A stretch of DNA of 53,503 nucleotides from Chloroflexota bacterium (GTDB lineage Bacteria; Chloroflexota; Limnocylindria; Limnocylindrales; CSP1-4), in contig JAICVI010000002.1 of assembly GCA_025935415.1 (NCBI GenBank), forward strand, positions 1 through 53,503, in the 5' to 3' direction. A model generated the notes under the pieces. That model did no database searches. It was not told the DNA's origin and saw nothing but the letters and a program-made list of their open reading frames with translations. A program made the translations under genes and the position numbers. Below, piece by piece: positions 33,830 to 43,127 of this stretch (the stretch's first letter is position 1; each line of letters starts with the position of its first letter).

Positions 33830-35986
33830 CTACGGAGCCGCGACCGACCGCAACCGTGCGAGGGCCGCGTCCGCGGCGTCGCCAGGGGGCACCACGATCA
33901 ATCGGTCGAGGAATGCGGTTGCGGCATCCCGGGAGCCATCCTCCGCCAGCATCCGGGCGAGAACGTCGACCGCCTCCGGCTGGGCGTACGTGACGTCCGG
34001 CCTGAACTCGAGCCCGGCGAGATCGAGCCAGAACGCCGACACCACGAGCTCTCCTGCCTTGAGCGGATAGGACCAGCGCATCGCGAGCCGTGCCCCTGCG
34101 GCGTTCTTCAGGGCCTCGGTCAAGGGCGTGGACTCGACGTCCGGCGCCAGGTACCCGGCCTCGATCCAGAGGACCGCACCGGCAACCCTGAGCTGCTTCA
34201 GCAGATGCTCGCTCGAATAGGTGTCCAGGCTGTCGACCTTGCGCAGCGCGGTCTCGAGCGTGAGCGGCGCGACGCCCGCGCTCTTCGACAGCCGGAGGCC
34301 CGTCGGGGTCGAAGGGTCGGCGATGGCTCGTTCTGGCAGGGCCCGCACCACCCTGAGGCTGCCGTGGACCTCCAGCGCCAGCTCATAGGCGAGCGCCGGC
34401 CCGATCGACACCGTCTGGCCCGGCGGGACGGTCGCGCGAAGCCAGGCACCGATCTCCGCGAGCGCGCGGTTGCGGTTCGCAATGCTGGCCTCGCCAGCTG
34501 ATCCCCTCGCCGCGGTCGCCGTTGCGATTGCCGCGGATGAAAGGAAGACCGCGGTCAGGACGAGCGTTCCCGCGAGACGTGGCCGGACGGCCGTGAGGCG
34601 GCGTTCGAAGCGCAGCCAGGTCCACCGCAGCAGGCCGAAGGCGATGAGCAGCGCGACGCCAGCGGCGAGCGCACGCGGCGCGTTCAGGGACACGTGCCTG
34701 GAGTGGAGCAGCTGTGCGCCGCCGGCGAGGACCACGATCCCGACGGCGCCCAGGAGGAGCCACCGGTCCGAGCCGGCGAACGCGCGTCTCGCCACTGCGA
34801 CGAAGCCGACGCCACCCAGCGCGGCGCCGAGGCACAAGGTCGCCAGGTAGTGGCGGGGTGTCTCGCCGATGCCCAGCACGAGGACGATGAGGGCGACCTG
34901 CGCGACGCCGGCGAACAGGAGCTGCCAGACCGGCTGGGAGCGCGCCGCGCGAAGGGCCAGGAGCGCCCCGACCACGCCGATCGCCACGATCATGCCGATC
35001 TGCGGCAGATACCTGCTCACATCCGCGACCAGCTGCGAGAGGCGGACGATGGAGGCGCCGCTGAGCTTCGGGGCGACGGCGTAGATCGCCAGCTGCCCCA
35101 GGAGCCAGACGCCCAGGCCGCCCCACGCGACCACGGCGCGGAGGACCCGACTCCTGCGACCGCTGAGCCGGGCGTCGAGTGCCTGGCCGAGTGCGCTCCT
35201 GGAGAGTCGAGGCAGCGCAAGGCCGACGATGACCACGACGACGACGGCCAGGCCGATCGGGACCAGGAGCCACGCAGGCCCACCGACGCGGTAGACCTGG
35301 CCTGTGAGCTGCGCGTAGAGGACGAACCACCACGCGCTGGTCACCGCGGCCGCGAGGAGCGCGGCGGCGGAGACGCGTCCGATCGTCCGCGCCGGAACCA
35401 TCCCGAGCAGCGCGGCGAGGAAGGGGACCGGGGCGAACGGGATGACGGTCTCCTTGATGAGGAAGCCCGCGCCGAAGAGCAGGCCCGCCAGGAGGCCGAG
35501 TCGAGCGGACCCCCGTTCGATCGCGACGACGGCGACCCACAGGTACGCGAGCACGAACGCCGTCGCCGGGAGATCGATCCCTGCACTCCGGGCCAGGTTC
35601 GCGAGGTACGGCGTCGCGAGAAGCGCGGCGGCCGTGACCCCGCCGGCGGCGGGACGGTACCGCCAGGCCAGCGCGGCCGCGAAGAGCATCGAGAGCGCGG
35701 CCGCGATCGCCTCGATCACGTGGCCCAGCGCGAACGGATCGAGCCCGAGCCAGGCTTTCGGGACGGCGAGCACCAGCGGCCAGACGGGCGCGTGATACAG
35801 GATCGGTGCGCCGAAGTCGGTGACGAGGCCCTTGCCGTCGAGGATGTTGAGCCCGAGGCCGACGTATTTGGCGTCATCCGGGGTCTGGAACGCCGGCCCC
35901 TGGATCGCGAAGAGGGCAAGGAACAGGGCCACGGAGGCACCGACGATGGCGAGGGCGATGCGCCGCTCGTCGAGGCGATCCGTCAC
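33830..35986 (-). CDS. GT-C-fold polyprenyl-phosphate-sugar-dependent glycosyltransferase (PMT_2/ArnT/YfhO-like) with a C-terminal extracytoplasmic domain
   Basis: Track ORF of 718 aa with a GTG start and about 12-14 TM segments. An acidic first-loop motif (QTPDDAKYVGLGLNILDGKG) is followed by a ~230-aa soluble C-terminal region. Confidence 0.7.
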   Translation of the reverse strand: MTDRLDERRIALAIVGASVALFLALFAIQGPAFQTPDDAKYVGLGLNILDGKGLVTDFGAPILYHAPVWPLVLAVPKAWLGLDPFALGHVIEAIAAALSMLFAAALAWRYRPAAGGVTAAALLATPYLANLARSAGIDLPATAFVLAYLWVAVVAIERGSARLGLLAGLLFGAGFLIKETVIPFAPVPFLAALLGMVPARTIGRVSAAALLAAAVTSAWWFVLYAQLTGQVYRVGGPAWLLVPIGLAVVVVVIVGLALPRLSRSALGQALDARLSGRRSRVLRAVVAWGGLGVWLLGQLAIYAVAPKLSGASIVRLSQLVADVSRYLPQIGMIVAIGVVGALLALRAARSQPVWQLLFAGVAQVALIVLVLGIGETPRHYLATLCLGAALGGVGFVAVARRAFAGSDRWLLLGAVGIVVLAGGAQLLHSRHVSLNAPRALAAGVALLIAFGLLRWTWLRFERRLTAVRPRLAGTLVLTAVFLSSAAIATATAARGSAGEASIANRNRALAEIGAWLRATVPPGQTVSIGPALAYELALEVHGSLRVVRALPERAIADPSTPTGLRLSKSAGVAPLTLETALRKVDSLDTYSSEHLLKQLRVAGAVLWIEAGYLAPDVESTPLTEALKNAAGARLAMRWSYPLKAGELVVSAFWLDLAGLEFRPDVTYAQPEAVDVLARMLAEDGSRDAATAFLDRLIVVPPGDAADAALARLRSVAAP

Positions 35987-36054
35987 GGTCGGCCATGTTA
36001 GGGGATGCTCGATATGCTCCGGTGCCTAACCGGCTCGCGGAACGAGGAGAAGGC

Positions 36055-37449
36055 ATGACCCAGGATCGCCGGGTCGCGATCATCGGCCTCGGCTACGTCG
36101 GCCTGCCGCTCGCCGTGGCGTTCTCCGAGGCGGGTCTCGAGGTCCAGGGCCTTGACGCCGCCGAGCCCCGCGTGCGCGAGCTGAACGACGGCCATTCGCC
36201 GATCGAGGACATCTCCGACGAGCGGCTCCGCGCGGCCCTCGCGCAGGGGCTGCGGGTCGTGAGCCCGGACCACGCGAATCTGGCCGACGCGGACGCGGTC
36301 TTCGTCTGCGTCCCGACACCGATCACGGCAACGAAGGATCCGGACCTCGGGCCTGTCCTCACCGCCGGCGCGACCGTTCGGTCCGGCCTCCGCGCCGGCC
36401 AGCTCATCATCCTGCAGTCGACCACGTTCCCTGGAACCACGGCCGGGCCGTTCCGCGAGGTCCTCGAGCGCGGCGGTCTCCGCGCGGGCACGGACTTCGA
36501 CCTCGCCTTCGCGCCGGAGCGGGTGAACCCGGGGGACCCCGCCAGCTCGAGCCGCTCCGTGCCTCGCCTCGTCGGCGGCACGACGCCGCAGGCGACGGCC
36601 CGGGCCGCCGCCCTGCTCCGCAACATCAACGAGAAGGTCGTCGAGGTCTCCTCGCCAGACGCCGCGGAGCTCGCGAAGCTCCTCGAGAACGTCTTCCGAA
36701 ACGTCAACATCGCACTGGTCAACAACCTTGCCCTGCTGTGCGAGCGGATGGGCCTCGACGTCTGGGAGGTCATCGACGCCGCGGCCACGAAGCCCTTCGG
36801 GTTCATGCGCTTCACCCCCGGGCCCGGGGTCGGGGGGCACTGCATCCCGGTCGATCCGTATTACCTGTCATGGCGGGCGCGCGAGTTCGACTTCATCGAC
36901 CGCTTCATCGAGCTCGCCGGCGACATCAACATCGGCATGCCTCGACACGTGGTGGAGCTCACGATCGAGGCCCTGAACGATCGGGGCAAGGCGCTCAAGG
37001 GCGCCCGCGTCGGCGTCCTCGGGGTGGCCTTCAAGCCGAACGTGTCGGATGCCCGCAACTCCCCTGCCGCCGACGTCATCGCGGACCTCGTCGGCCGCGG
37101 GGCGGCCGTCACGTTCCACGATCCCCACGTCGACACCTTCCGCGACGCCGCCGCCGCAACCCATCGCGGCCGCGAGCTCGACGCGGTCCTCGACGACTCT
37201 GACGTCGTCGTCATCCTCGTGCGCCATCAGGCGATCGACTGGGACCGCGTCTACGACCGGGCAAGGCTCATCGTCGACACCGTGAACAGCTCCGCCGGGC
37301 GCCAGACGCGGGGTCATCAGGTCCGGCGCCTCGGCGCGGGATGGTCGACGGAGGCCCCGGGCGTCGTCGCCAGCGGATCGGCGGAGATCCAGAAAACAAG
37401 CCCGTCCGAGGTGGCCGCGGTCGGCTCCGCCGAAGGCGCGCGGGCCTGA
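36055..37449 (+). CDS. Nucleotide-sugar 6-dehydrogenase (UDP-glucose/GDP-mannose dehydrogenase family; WecC/WbpA/TviB-like)
   Basis: The ATG at 36055 follows GGAGAAGG. The sequence reads RVAIIGLGYVGLPLAVAF..., FVCVPTP, FAPERVNPGD, and GPGVGGHCIPVDPYYL (catalytic Cys). Confidence 0.85.
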   Translation: MTQDRRVAIIGLGYVGLPLAVAFSEAGLEVQGLDAAEPRVRELNDGHSPIEDISDERLRAALAQGLRVVSPDHANLADADAVFVCVPTPITATKDPDLGPVLTAGATVRSGLRAGQLIILQSTTFPGTTAGPFREVLERGGLRAGTDFDLAFAPERVNPGDPASSSRSVPRLVGGTTPQATARAAALLRNINEKVVEVSSPDAAELAKLLENVFRNVNIALVNNLALLCERMGLDVWEVIDAAATKPFGFMRFTPGPGVGGHCIPVDPYYLSWRAREFDFIDRFIELAGDINIGMPRHVVELTIEALNDRGKALKGARVGVLGVAFKPNVSDARNSPAADVIADLVGRGAAVTFHDPHVDTFRDAAAATHRGRELDAVLDDSDVVVILVRHQAIDWDRVYDRARLIVDTVNSSAGRQTRGHQVRRLGAGWSTEAPGVVASGSAEIQKTSPSEVAAVGSAEGARA

Positions 37450-37460
37450 TCGCCGGAGTC

Positions 37461-37480
37461 GCGCCGGCCTGATCCGGCGC
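37461..37480. terminator. GC-rich hairpin between the convergent dehydrogenase and FkbH-like genes (no U-tract)
   Basis: gcgccgg-cctgat-ccggcgc forms a 7-bp stem with a 6-nt loop, 12 nt after the stop at 37449. Confidence 0.3.
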
Positions 37481-37519
37481 ACATCGTTCCAGCGTCAGCG
37501 GCGCCGCACGAGCCCGCCC

Positions 37520-39439
37520 TCAGTCACGGCGCGGCGCGATGCGGCGGAGGCCATGGCGGAGCACACGTCTCGCGGCGGGAACGAGGCCGCCGGTCCGGGG
37601 TGGCCGGCGCAGGTCGATGGTCGGACCGGCGCGCGCCTGGCGTCGCTCGGACGGCGCACCATCCCAGATCCGCCCGGAGAGCTCGCGGGCGATGTCGTGA
37701 TAGACGCGGCGGCTGTAGTGGCGAATCGAGTTCGTGAAGTCATCGCGGCCGTGGAGCAGCGGATCGACCGCGATGACACGGGCGTTGGGGAACTCGGCGG
37801 CGACCCGCGTGATCAGCTCGTTGTGGTGGCGGTGGGTCGCCTCGCGTTCGGCGTCGAGGCCGAAGGCCTCGGTGGCCCCGAGCAGGATCGTCAGGGCGCT
37901 CCCCGGCGAGACCAGGGCGAACAGCCGGCGGAGCTGGTTCCGCCAGACCTCGTCCGGTTTCTCGACCGGGTGCCAGCGCTGGGCGAACGCCCGGAGCGCA
38001 TGCGGGTCGAGGTCGTAGCGCGCTGCGAGGGCCGCGATCCGGGCGGCGTCGATCTCCGGCTGCTCCACGTCCCCGAACGACAGATAGACGCCGCGGTGAT
38101 CGTCGCTGGCGTACTTCGCCTGGACATAGTCGATGAGCGGGCTGTAGACGACCTCGTCGTACGAGCTCCAGTCCGGCGGCCGGAGCGCGTCGGCATCGAG
38201 GAACGGGGCCTCGGCGAGCAGCGCCGTTCGGGTCGCTTCGGGCAGCCCAGCGGCGAGGAGGTAGTCGATGCTGTCGCGGTGGACGATGAGTCGCGGCCTG
38301 TCCGCAGGGCTGTAGTTGAAATGCGTGACGACGGCCTCCGGCCGGTCGAGGAACGGCAACGCGGACTCGAGGTCGCAGCCCCCGACGAACAGGATCCGGC
38401 GCGCTTCGGATCCGGCGCGCTCACCGCTCGGCTGGGTGGCTGATGGCAGTCGGGGCGCGCCTTCGTCGGCCGGCGTCTCGATGAGCTGCAGCCAGTCGAT
38501 CGGCTCGCCATCGAGCGGCGCGCTCACGGGCTCCGCAATGGAGATCGAGGGCCGGCCCAGCCAGTCGTAGACGGCGCGCTCGACGCCCATCCCCAGGATC
38601 CGGCAGGAGAACGCGAGCTGCTCGACCCGGCCGTCGGTGACGGCGGCGAACCCGACGAGGCCATGATCCCCAAAGCGGTCCCGGACCCGTACGGCGACCG
38701 CCCGGGTGTGGGGATCACGCAGGAGGCGGCCCACCCCGTCGCGGTCGAGGCGCTGCTTCGTGTAGTTGAGCTGGTTGGTTCGGGCGACGAGCTCGGCGAG
38801 GCGATCCTCGTCGGCGAGCGGCCGCGCCGTCAGCCGGACCTCGATGTTCGACGCGCGAAGGAACGCCCGGTTGTCCGAGAACGCCGCGGAGGCGGCGCTT
38901 CGCGCCTCGAGGAGCCGGTACTCGGCCAGGCGCCGGCGCGTGGGATCGGCCTTGCCGGAGGCCGCGATCGCCGCCATCCGCGCCTGGAACGCAGGGTCGG
39001 CCGGGTCCGCGAGCTGGAGCCCGGGAGCGAAGAAGGCCGCTTCCTCGCGGTTGAGGTGGTTGTCGTCGACGAAGAGCACGTTGGGCGGGCGGAGCTGCGC
39101 GGCCGCGATGAGGTCGCGGACCTGCGCGCCCTTGGCCTCCCAGTTGATGCGCGCGAAGACGACGAGCTCCCAGAGGCCCTGCCGCTCCAGCTCCGCACGT
39201 GCGCCCTCGTGATCGTTGCGCGAGCTCACCGAGTTCATGACGCCGTGATCGACGAGGTCGCGGAGCAGCGCTGCCCGACCCTCGATCATCCGGACGGGCC
39301 CCTCGGAGAGCACGCCCGACCAGAGCGTCTCGTCCAGGTCCCAGATCACGAGCTTCACCTGCTCCGTGGCGACGCCCTCCGCGGCGCCCTCAGCGGCGTC
39401 CTGCGCGATGTCCTCGCGGATGCTCGTCATCGGGCGCAC
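37520..39439 (-). CDS. FkbH-like HAD-superfamily (subfamily IIIC) protein with a GNAT-like middle domain and an extra ~300-aa C-terminal domain
   Basis: Track ORF of 639 aa (GTG at 39439 or ATG at 39430). HAD motif I reads KLVIWDLDETLW and a later motif reads NVLFVDDNHLN. The FkbH-type middle region is LVARTNQLNYTKQR...GDHGLVGFAAV...LAFSCRILGMGVE. The C-terminal part (ILFVGGCDLE...HRDSIDYL...) is unassigned. Confidence 0.7.
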   Translation of the reverse strand: MRPMTSIREDIAQDAAEGAAEGVATEQVKLVIWDLDETLWSGVLSEGPVRMIEGRAALLRDLVDHGVMNSVSSRNDHEGARAELERQGLWELVVFARINWEAKGAQVRDLIAAAQLRPPNVLFVDDNHLNREEAAFFAPGLQLADPADPAFQARMAAIAASGKADPTRRRLAEYRLLEARSAASAAFSDNRAFLRASNIEVRLTARPLADEDRLAELVARTNQLNYTKQRLDRDGVGRLLRDPHTRAVAVRVRDRFGDHGLVGFAAVTDGRVEQLAFSCRILGMGVERAVYDWLGRPSISIAEPVSAPLDGEPIDWLQLIETPADEGAPRLPSATQPSGERAGSEARRILFVGGCDLESALPFLDRPEAVVTHFNYSPADRPRLIVHRDSIDYLLAAGLPEATRTALLAEAPFLDADALRPPDWSSYDEVVYSPLIDYVQAKYASDDHRGVYLSFGDVEQPEIDAARIAALAARYDLDPHALRAFAQRWHPVEKPDEVWRNQLRRLFALVSPGSALTILLGATEAFGLDAEREATHRHHNELITRVAAEFPNARVIAVDPLLHGRDDFTNSIRHYSRRVYHDIARELSGRIWDGAPSERRQARAGPTIDLRRPPRTGGLVPAARRVLRHGLRRIAPRRD

Positions 39440-39470
39440 CGTACCATTACCCCTCCCACGCTCGCCGGAG

Positions 39471-42400
39471 GTGCCGCCGATCGCCAGGACAGGTCCGAAG
39501 CCGCGGCTCCCCTGGAAGCGCAGGCGACCGGCGCGGCACTCGCGCAGGCCGACCGTCGCGTTCCTGTCGTATTCGACCGGGGAGTTCGACGCGCGGACGT
39601 TCCGGATGGCGGAGTCGGCGCTCGATGCCGGCTACCGCGTCCGCGTGTACAGCCGCTGGCACCCCGGCCAGCTGCCCCGCGAGGATCGTGGCGACTACGA
39701 GCTGATCCGCGTGCCCTTCGACTGGCAGCTCGCCGTCCCCTTCCTCCGGGACGGCGCCCGCAAGCGTGCGGCCGCGGCCATGGCGGCCGCGCCCACGGAG
39801 GCCGCGATTGCCGCGGCGGCCGCCGCCGAGGAAGCCGCCAGGGAAGCCGCTGCCGCGGAGGCCGAAGGCACCGCGGGTGCGATGTCCCCGGACGTGCCGG
39901 CGTTCTCGTCCTCCACGGACCTCGGCGTCTCGGAGGCGACTTATGCCGCCGCCATCGAGCGGGCGAGGGCCCGGTCCGCGCACGGCAGGAAGGGGAAGGG
40001 CCGCCGCGCTCGACTCCAGCGCCGCGTCCGACGGGTAGCCGGGGCCGGTTTGACCCTCGCGGGCAAGGTGGCCCGAACCCTGCGGCGGCCGCAGCGTATC
40101 CCGGGCCTCCTCGTGAGCCTCCCGCGCCGTGCCGTCGGGCGGGTCCGCCGGCGCGTGGGTCGCCTGTGGCGCCAGCTCGTGATGTTCCCCCTCGGCCCGC
40201 GCGCCTGGGCCGTGGCGCTGGAGTCGGTGGCGGAGCCGGCCGACATCTGGCACGGCATGTGGGCAGGCTCGCTCCCGGCGCTCGTCCGGCTCCGCCGTCT
40301 CCACGGCGGTCGCTCGATCTACGACAGTCGCGACATCTTCATGGAGTCCCGCGACTGGGCCCGCCTGCGTCGCCCGATCCGCTCCGTCCTCCAGCGGCTG
40401 GAGCGGCGCTGGGCCCAGCGCGTCGACCTGGTGCTGACCGTCAACGAGTCCTACGCCAGAATCCTCGAGCGCTTGCTGGAGGTGCCGCGACCGCCGGTCG
40501 TGATGAACTGCCAGCCCCGGTGGACGCCTCCGGATCCACCCCCGGATCTGATCCGCGAGGCCCTCGGCATTCCCCCCGAGGTCGCGATCGCCCTGTACCA
40601 GGGCCGGCTCCAGTCGGATCGCGGCATCGAGCAGTCGATGGAGGCCATCCTCGAGGTCCCCAACACGGTGCTGGTCCTGCTCGGCTTCGGCGGGTGGGAG
40701 AAGCGTCTTCGCGAGGAGATCGCAGCACCACCCTACGAAGGGCGCGTCTTCCTGCTCCCCGCGGTGCCGCCGGATCAGCTGGTCGCTTGGACCGCATCCG
40801 CGGACGTGTCGGTGATGGCGATCCAGCCGAGCAGCCTCAACCACCGCTGGACGACGCCGCAGAAGCTGTTCGAGAGCCTGGCCGCCGGCACCCCGGTGGT
40901 CGCCTCGGACCTGCCCGGCATGGCGGAGATCGTCCGGCCCGCGCGGGCAGGCTCGCTGGCCGATCCCACGGATCCTCACGACATCGCGCGCAAGATCCGG
41001 GACATCATCGAAGGCTCGCCAGAGGAACGGCGGGCCCTTCGAGCCCGCGTCACGGCAGCGGCGAGGGAGCGCTTCACGTGGGAGGCGCAGGCCGTGACGC
41101 TCCTGCAGCTGTACCGCGAGCTGCTCGGCGAGGATCGCGCTGCGCAGCTTCGACCGCGCCTCCGACAGGTGTCAGGCCCGACCCTGCACCTCGTCACGGT
41201 CGTGGGCGAGGCCCAGGCGGGCGACGTCCAGCTGGTCCTCGACCCCGGATGGGTGCCACCCGTCGGTGAGCCCGGCGTGCTCGCAGATCGCGGCCTCCTG
41301 AGCGCCCTGTCAATCGGCGAGGAGGTCCTCCGTACGCGCGACATCGCCCGGGAGGCGATGGACCTCCTCGACCAGTGGTCCGAGCGTGCCGACATCCCGG
41401 CTCGGACCACGCTCCACGGCACCTCCTTCTGGTACGGGCTGCGCCTGCAGTTCTGGGCCTGGGTGCTCCACACGAGCCTCTGGCTGGCGGTCCTCCGGCG
41501 CGTCCTCGACGAGCATCCCGAGATCGAGCGGTTGAGCTGCCCCGCGGATTCCGAGGAGCAGCTCATCCAGGCCTGCGAGCTCATTGCCGATGCCCGCGGG
41601 CTCGTCTTCGACCCGGGGCCCCCGGCAAGCCCGCGGAAGCCCGCAGCGGAGTCGAAGGCCCCGGCGGCCGACGCCTTCCAGGCGCCCACGGACATGCTCG
41701 GACGCCTCCGCTGGCGGCTCCGACCACCGGCCCTCGCCCGCAGGCAGCGAACGATGCTGGACCGGCTGCTCCATCTCGAGCGGGTCGGGCATCGGAGGCT
41801 CCTCGTGGTCGGCGCGCATGTTCCCCAGCTCATCAACGGCCCGGGCGGGCCGCGGCTGATGAACGCCTACCTCGGCCCGATCGTCGATCGACTCGCCGGG
41901 GGCCGGCTTGATCCGATCGAGCTCGACCTCCGGGCGGATCTCGCCAACGACGCCCACTGGCAGCGGCTCAACGGACCACGTGCCAGCCGCACCCTCTCGG
42001 GCTCCGTGCTGACGCTCGCCGAGATCGGCTACGCCGCGAGCTCCGCGCGGGCGCTGGCCAATCGCCTGGCCGCGGAGATCGCCGAAGACCGCACCGCGCT
42101 GCTCGTCGACGGCGTCGATCTCGGCCCATCGCTCCGACGCGTGGTCGCACAGCGCGTCGGGAGCGGCCTGCCGCGCCGGGTTCGCGACGTTGCTCAGATC
42201 CGCGCCCTCCTGCGCCGGCTCAAGCCCGCGGGCATCCTGCTCGCCGACGAGTACCACCGCCAGGATTGGCTGGCGGCGGCGGCGCTCGAGTCCGTGCCCG
42301 TGGCGGCGGTGCAGCACGGTGTCATTCACGAAACCCACGTCGGCTACATCCATCGAACCCGGACGCCCGAGCTGCGCCTTCCGGACCGGACGTACGTCTT

Positions 42401-43124
42401 CGGCGCGTGGGAGCGATCGCTGCTGCTCCGCCAGAGCGTGTACCGCGCCGACGAGGTCGTCGTCGGTGGCTCCCCCCGGCTCGACCTCGTGCATACCGGC
42501 GCCGGCGACCCAGCGGCGGTCCGTCGACGGCTCGGTCTCGACGAGGGCCGGCGCCTCGTGGTCCTGTCGGCATCCTGGGGCCCGCTCCAGCGTCGCTTCT
42601 ACTACCCGATTGCCCTCCGAAGCCTCTTCGACCGCGAGATCGACGGCATCCACCTCGTCGTCAAGCTCCATCCGACCGAGACGGACGAGGGCCCGTACCG
42701 CAGCGTGATCGAGGCCGTCGCCGAGCGTGGTGGCTTCCGGGCGCCACCGATCACGGTCGTCCAGGACATCGACCTCTACGAGCTGCTCGAGGCGGCTGAT
42801 GCCCACCTCGGCGTCCGGTCGACCGTTCTCACCGAGGCCGTGGTGGCAGGCACGCCCAACATCATCGCGGCGGGGCTCGCCGGCTACGACCAGCTCGACT
42901 ACGTGAGCTCCGGCGTGGCGATCCCGGTCGAGAACGGGGCGGAGCTCCAGGCGGCGGTCGCTGCCGGCCCACCGCCCCTCCCGGAGGACGTGCGGGCGGC
43001 CTTCGTCGCGGCCCACTTCGATCCTGCCGGTGGCGCGCAGCGGATCGCGGATGACCTCGAGGCATGGCTCGCCGGGGCGGCGGCGGCGGTCGGCGTCGGG
43101 ATGGACGCGGGTCCGCAAGCCTGA
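39471..43124 (+). CDS. Two-module glycosyltransferase of about 1200 aa: N-terminal GT4 (GT-B) module with a ~140-aa Ala/Arg-rich insert, plus a C-terminal GT-B-like module resembling capsule-synthesis (KpsC/KpsS-type) enzymes
   Basis: Frame of track ORF 39366..43124. GTG at 39471 is the first start that does not overlap the divergent gene, but the start remains uncertain. GT4 motifs are ADIWHGMWAGSLPALV..GGRSIYDSRDIF, VLTVNESYA, ALYQGRL...GIE and PQKLFESLAAGTPVVASDLPGMAEIV. The C-terminal module reads RLLVVGAH..., AAVQHGVI, VLSASWGP, IHLVVKLHPTE and HLGVRSTVLTEAVVAGTPNIIAAGLAGY. Confidence 0.65.
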   Translation: MPPIARTGPKPRLPWKRRRPARHSRRPTVAFLSYSTGEFDARTFRMAESALDAGYRVRVYSRWHPGQLPREDRGDYELIRVPFDWQLAVPFLRDGARKRAAAAMAAAPTEAAIAAAAAAEEAAREAAAAEAEGTAGAMSPDVPAFSSSTDLGVSEATYAAAIERARARSAHGRKGKGRRARLQRRVRRVAGAGLTLAGKVARTLRRPQRIPGLLVSLPRRAVGRVRRRVGRLWRQLVMFPLGPRAWAVALESVAEPADIWHGMWAGSLPALVRLRRLHGGRSIYDSRDIFMESRDWARLRRPIRSVLQRLERRWAQRVDLVLTVNESYARILERLLEVPRPPVVMNCQPRWTPPDPPPDLIREALGIPPEVAIALYQGRLQSDRGIEQSMEAILEVPNTVLVLLGFGGWEKRLREEIAAPPYEGRVFLLPAVPPDQLVAWTASADVSVMAIQPSSLNHRWTTPQKLFESLAAGTPVVASDLPGMAEIVRPARAGSLADPTDPHDIARKIRDIIEGSPEERRALRARVTAAARERFTWEAQAVTLLQLYRELLGEDRAAQLRPRLRQVSGPTLHLVTVVGEAQAGDVQLVLDPGWVPPVGEPGVLADRGLLSALSIGEEVLRTRDIAREAMDLLDQWSERADIPARTTLHGTSFWYGLRLQFWAWVLHTSLWLAVLRRVLDEHPEIERLSCPADSEEQLIQACELIADARGLVFDPGPPASPRKPAAESKAPAADAFQAPTDMLGRLRWRLRPPALARRQRTMLDRLLHLERVGHRRLLVVGAHVPQLINGPGGPRLMNAYLGPIVDRLAGGRLDPIELDLRADLANDAHWQRLNGPRASRTLSGSVLTLAEIGYAASSARALANRLAAEIAEDRTALLVDGVDLGPSLRRVVAQRVGSGLPRRVRDVAQIRALLRRLKPAGILLADEYHRQDWLAAAALESVPVAAVQHGVIHETHVGYIHRTRTPELRLPDRTYVFGAWERSLLLRQSVYRADEVVVGGSPRLDLVHTGAGDPAAVRRRLGLDEGRRLVVLSASWGPLQRRFYYPIALRSLFDREIDGIHLVVKLHPTETDEGPYRSVIEAVAERGGFRAPPITVVQDIDLYELLEAADAHLGVRSTVLTEAVVAGTPNIIAAGLAGYDQLDYVSSGVAIPVENGAELQAAVAAGPPPLPEDVRAAFVAAHFDPAGGAQRIADDLEAWLAGAAAAVGVGMDAGPQA

Positions 43125-43127
43125 CGG

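Noticed and set aside
35987-36054. Inverted repeat gttagg-n22-cctaac and direct atgctc repeats in the 68-bp divergent GT-C/dehydrogenase intergenic region, as a possible operator
   Set aside because: The stems are only 6 bp with a long loop, and no regulator gene is adjacent. This is too weak to call from sequence alone.
39756-40169. Ala/Glu-rich then Arg-rich segment of the large GT, as a separate small gene or a frameshifted region
   Set aside because: The frame is continuous, and recognisable GT4 sequence resumes immediately after it (MFPLGPRAWAVALESVAEPADIWHG). I therefore treat it as an insertion within the domain rather than a separate feature.
38663-43118. 868-aa (+), 510-aa (-) and 602-aa (-) ORFs overlapping the FkbH-like gene and the large glycosyltransferase gene
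   Set aside because: They lie out of frame with or antisense to genes with clear HAD/GT motifs. Their translations are R/P/G-rich and lack hydrophobic cores.
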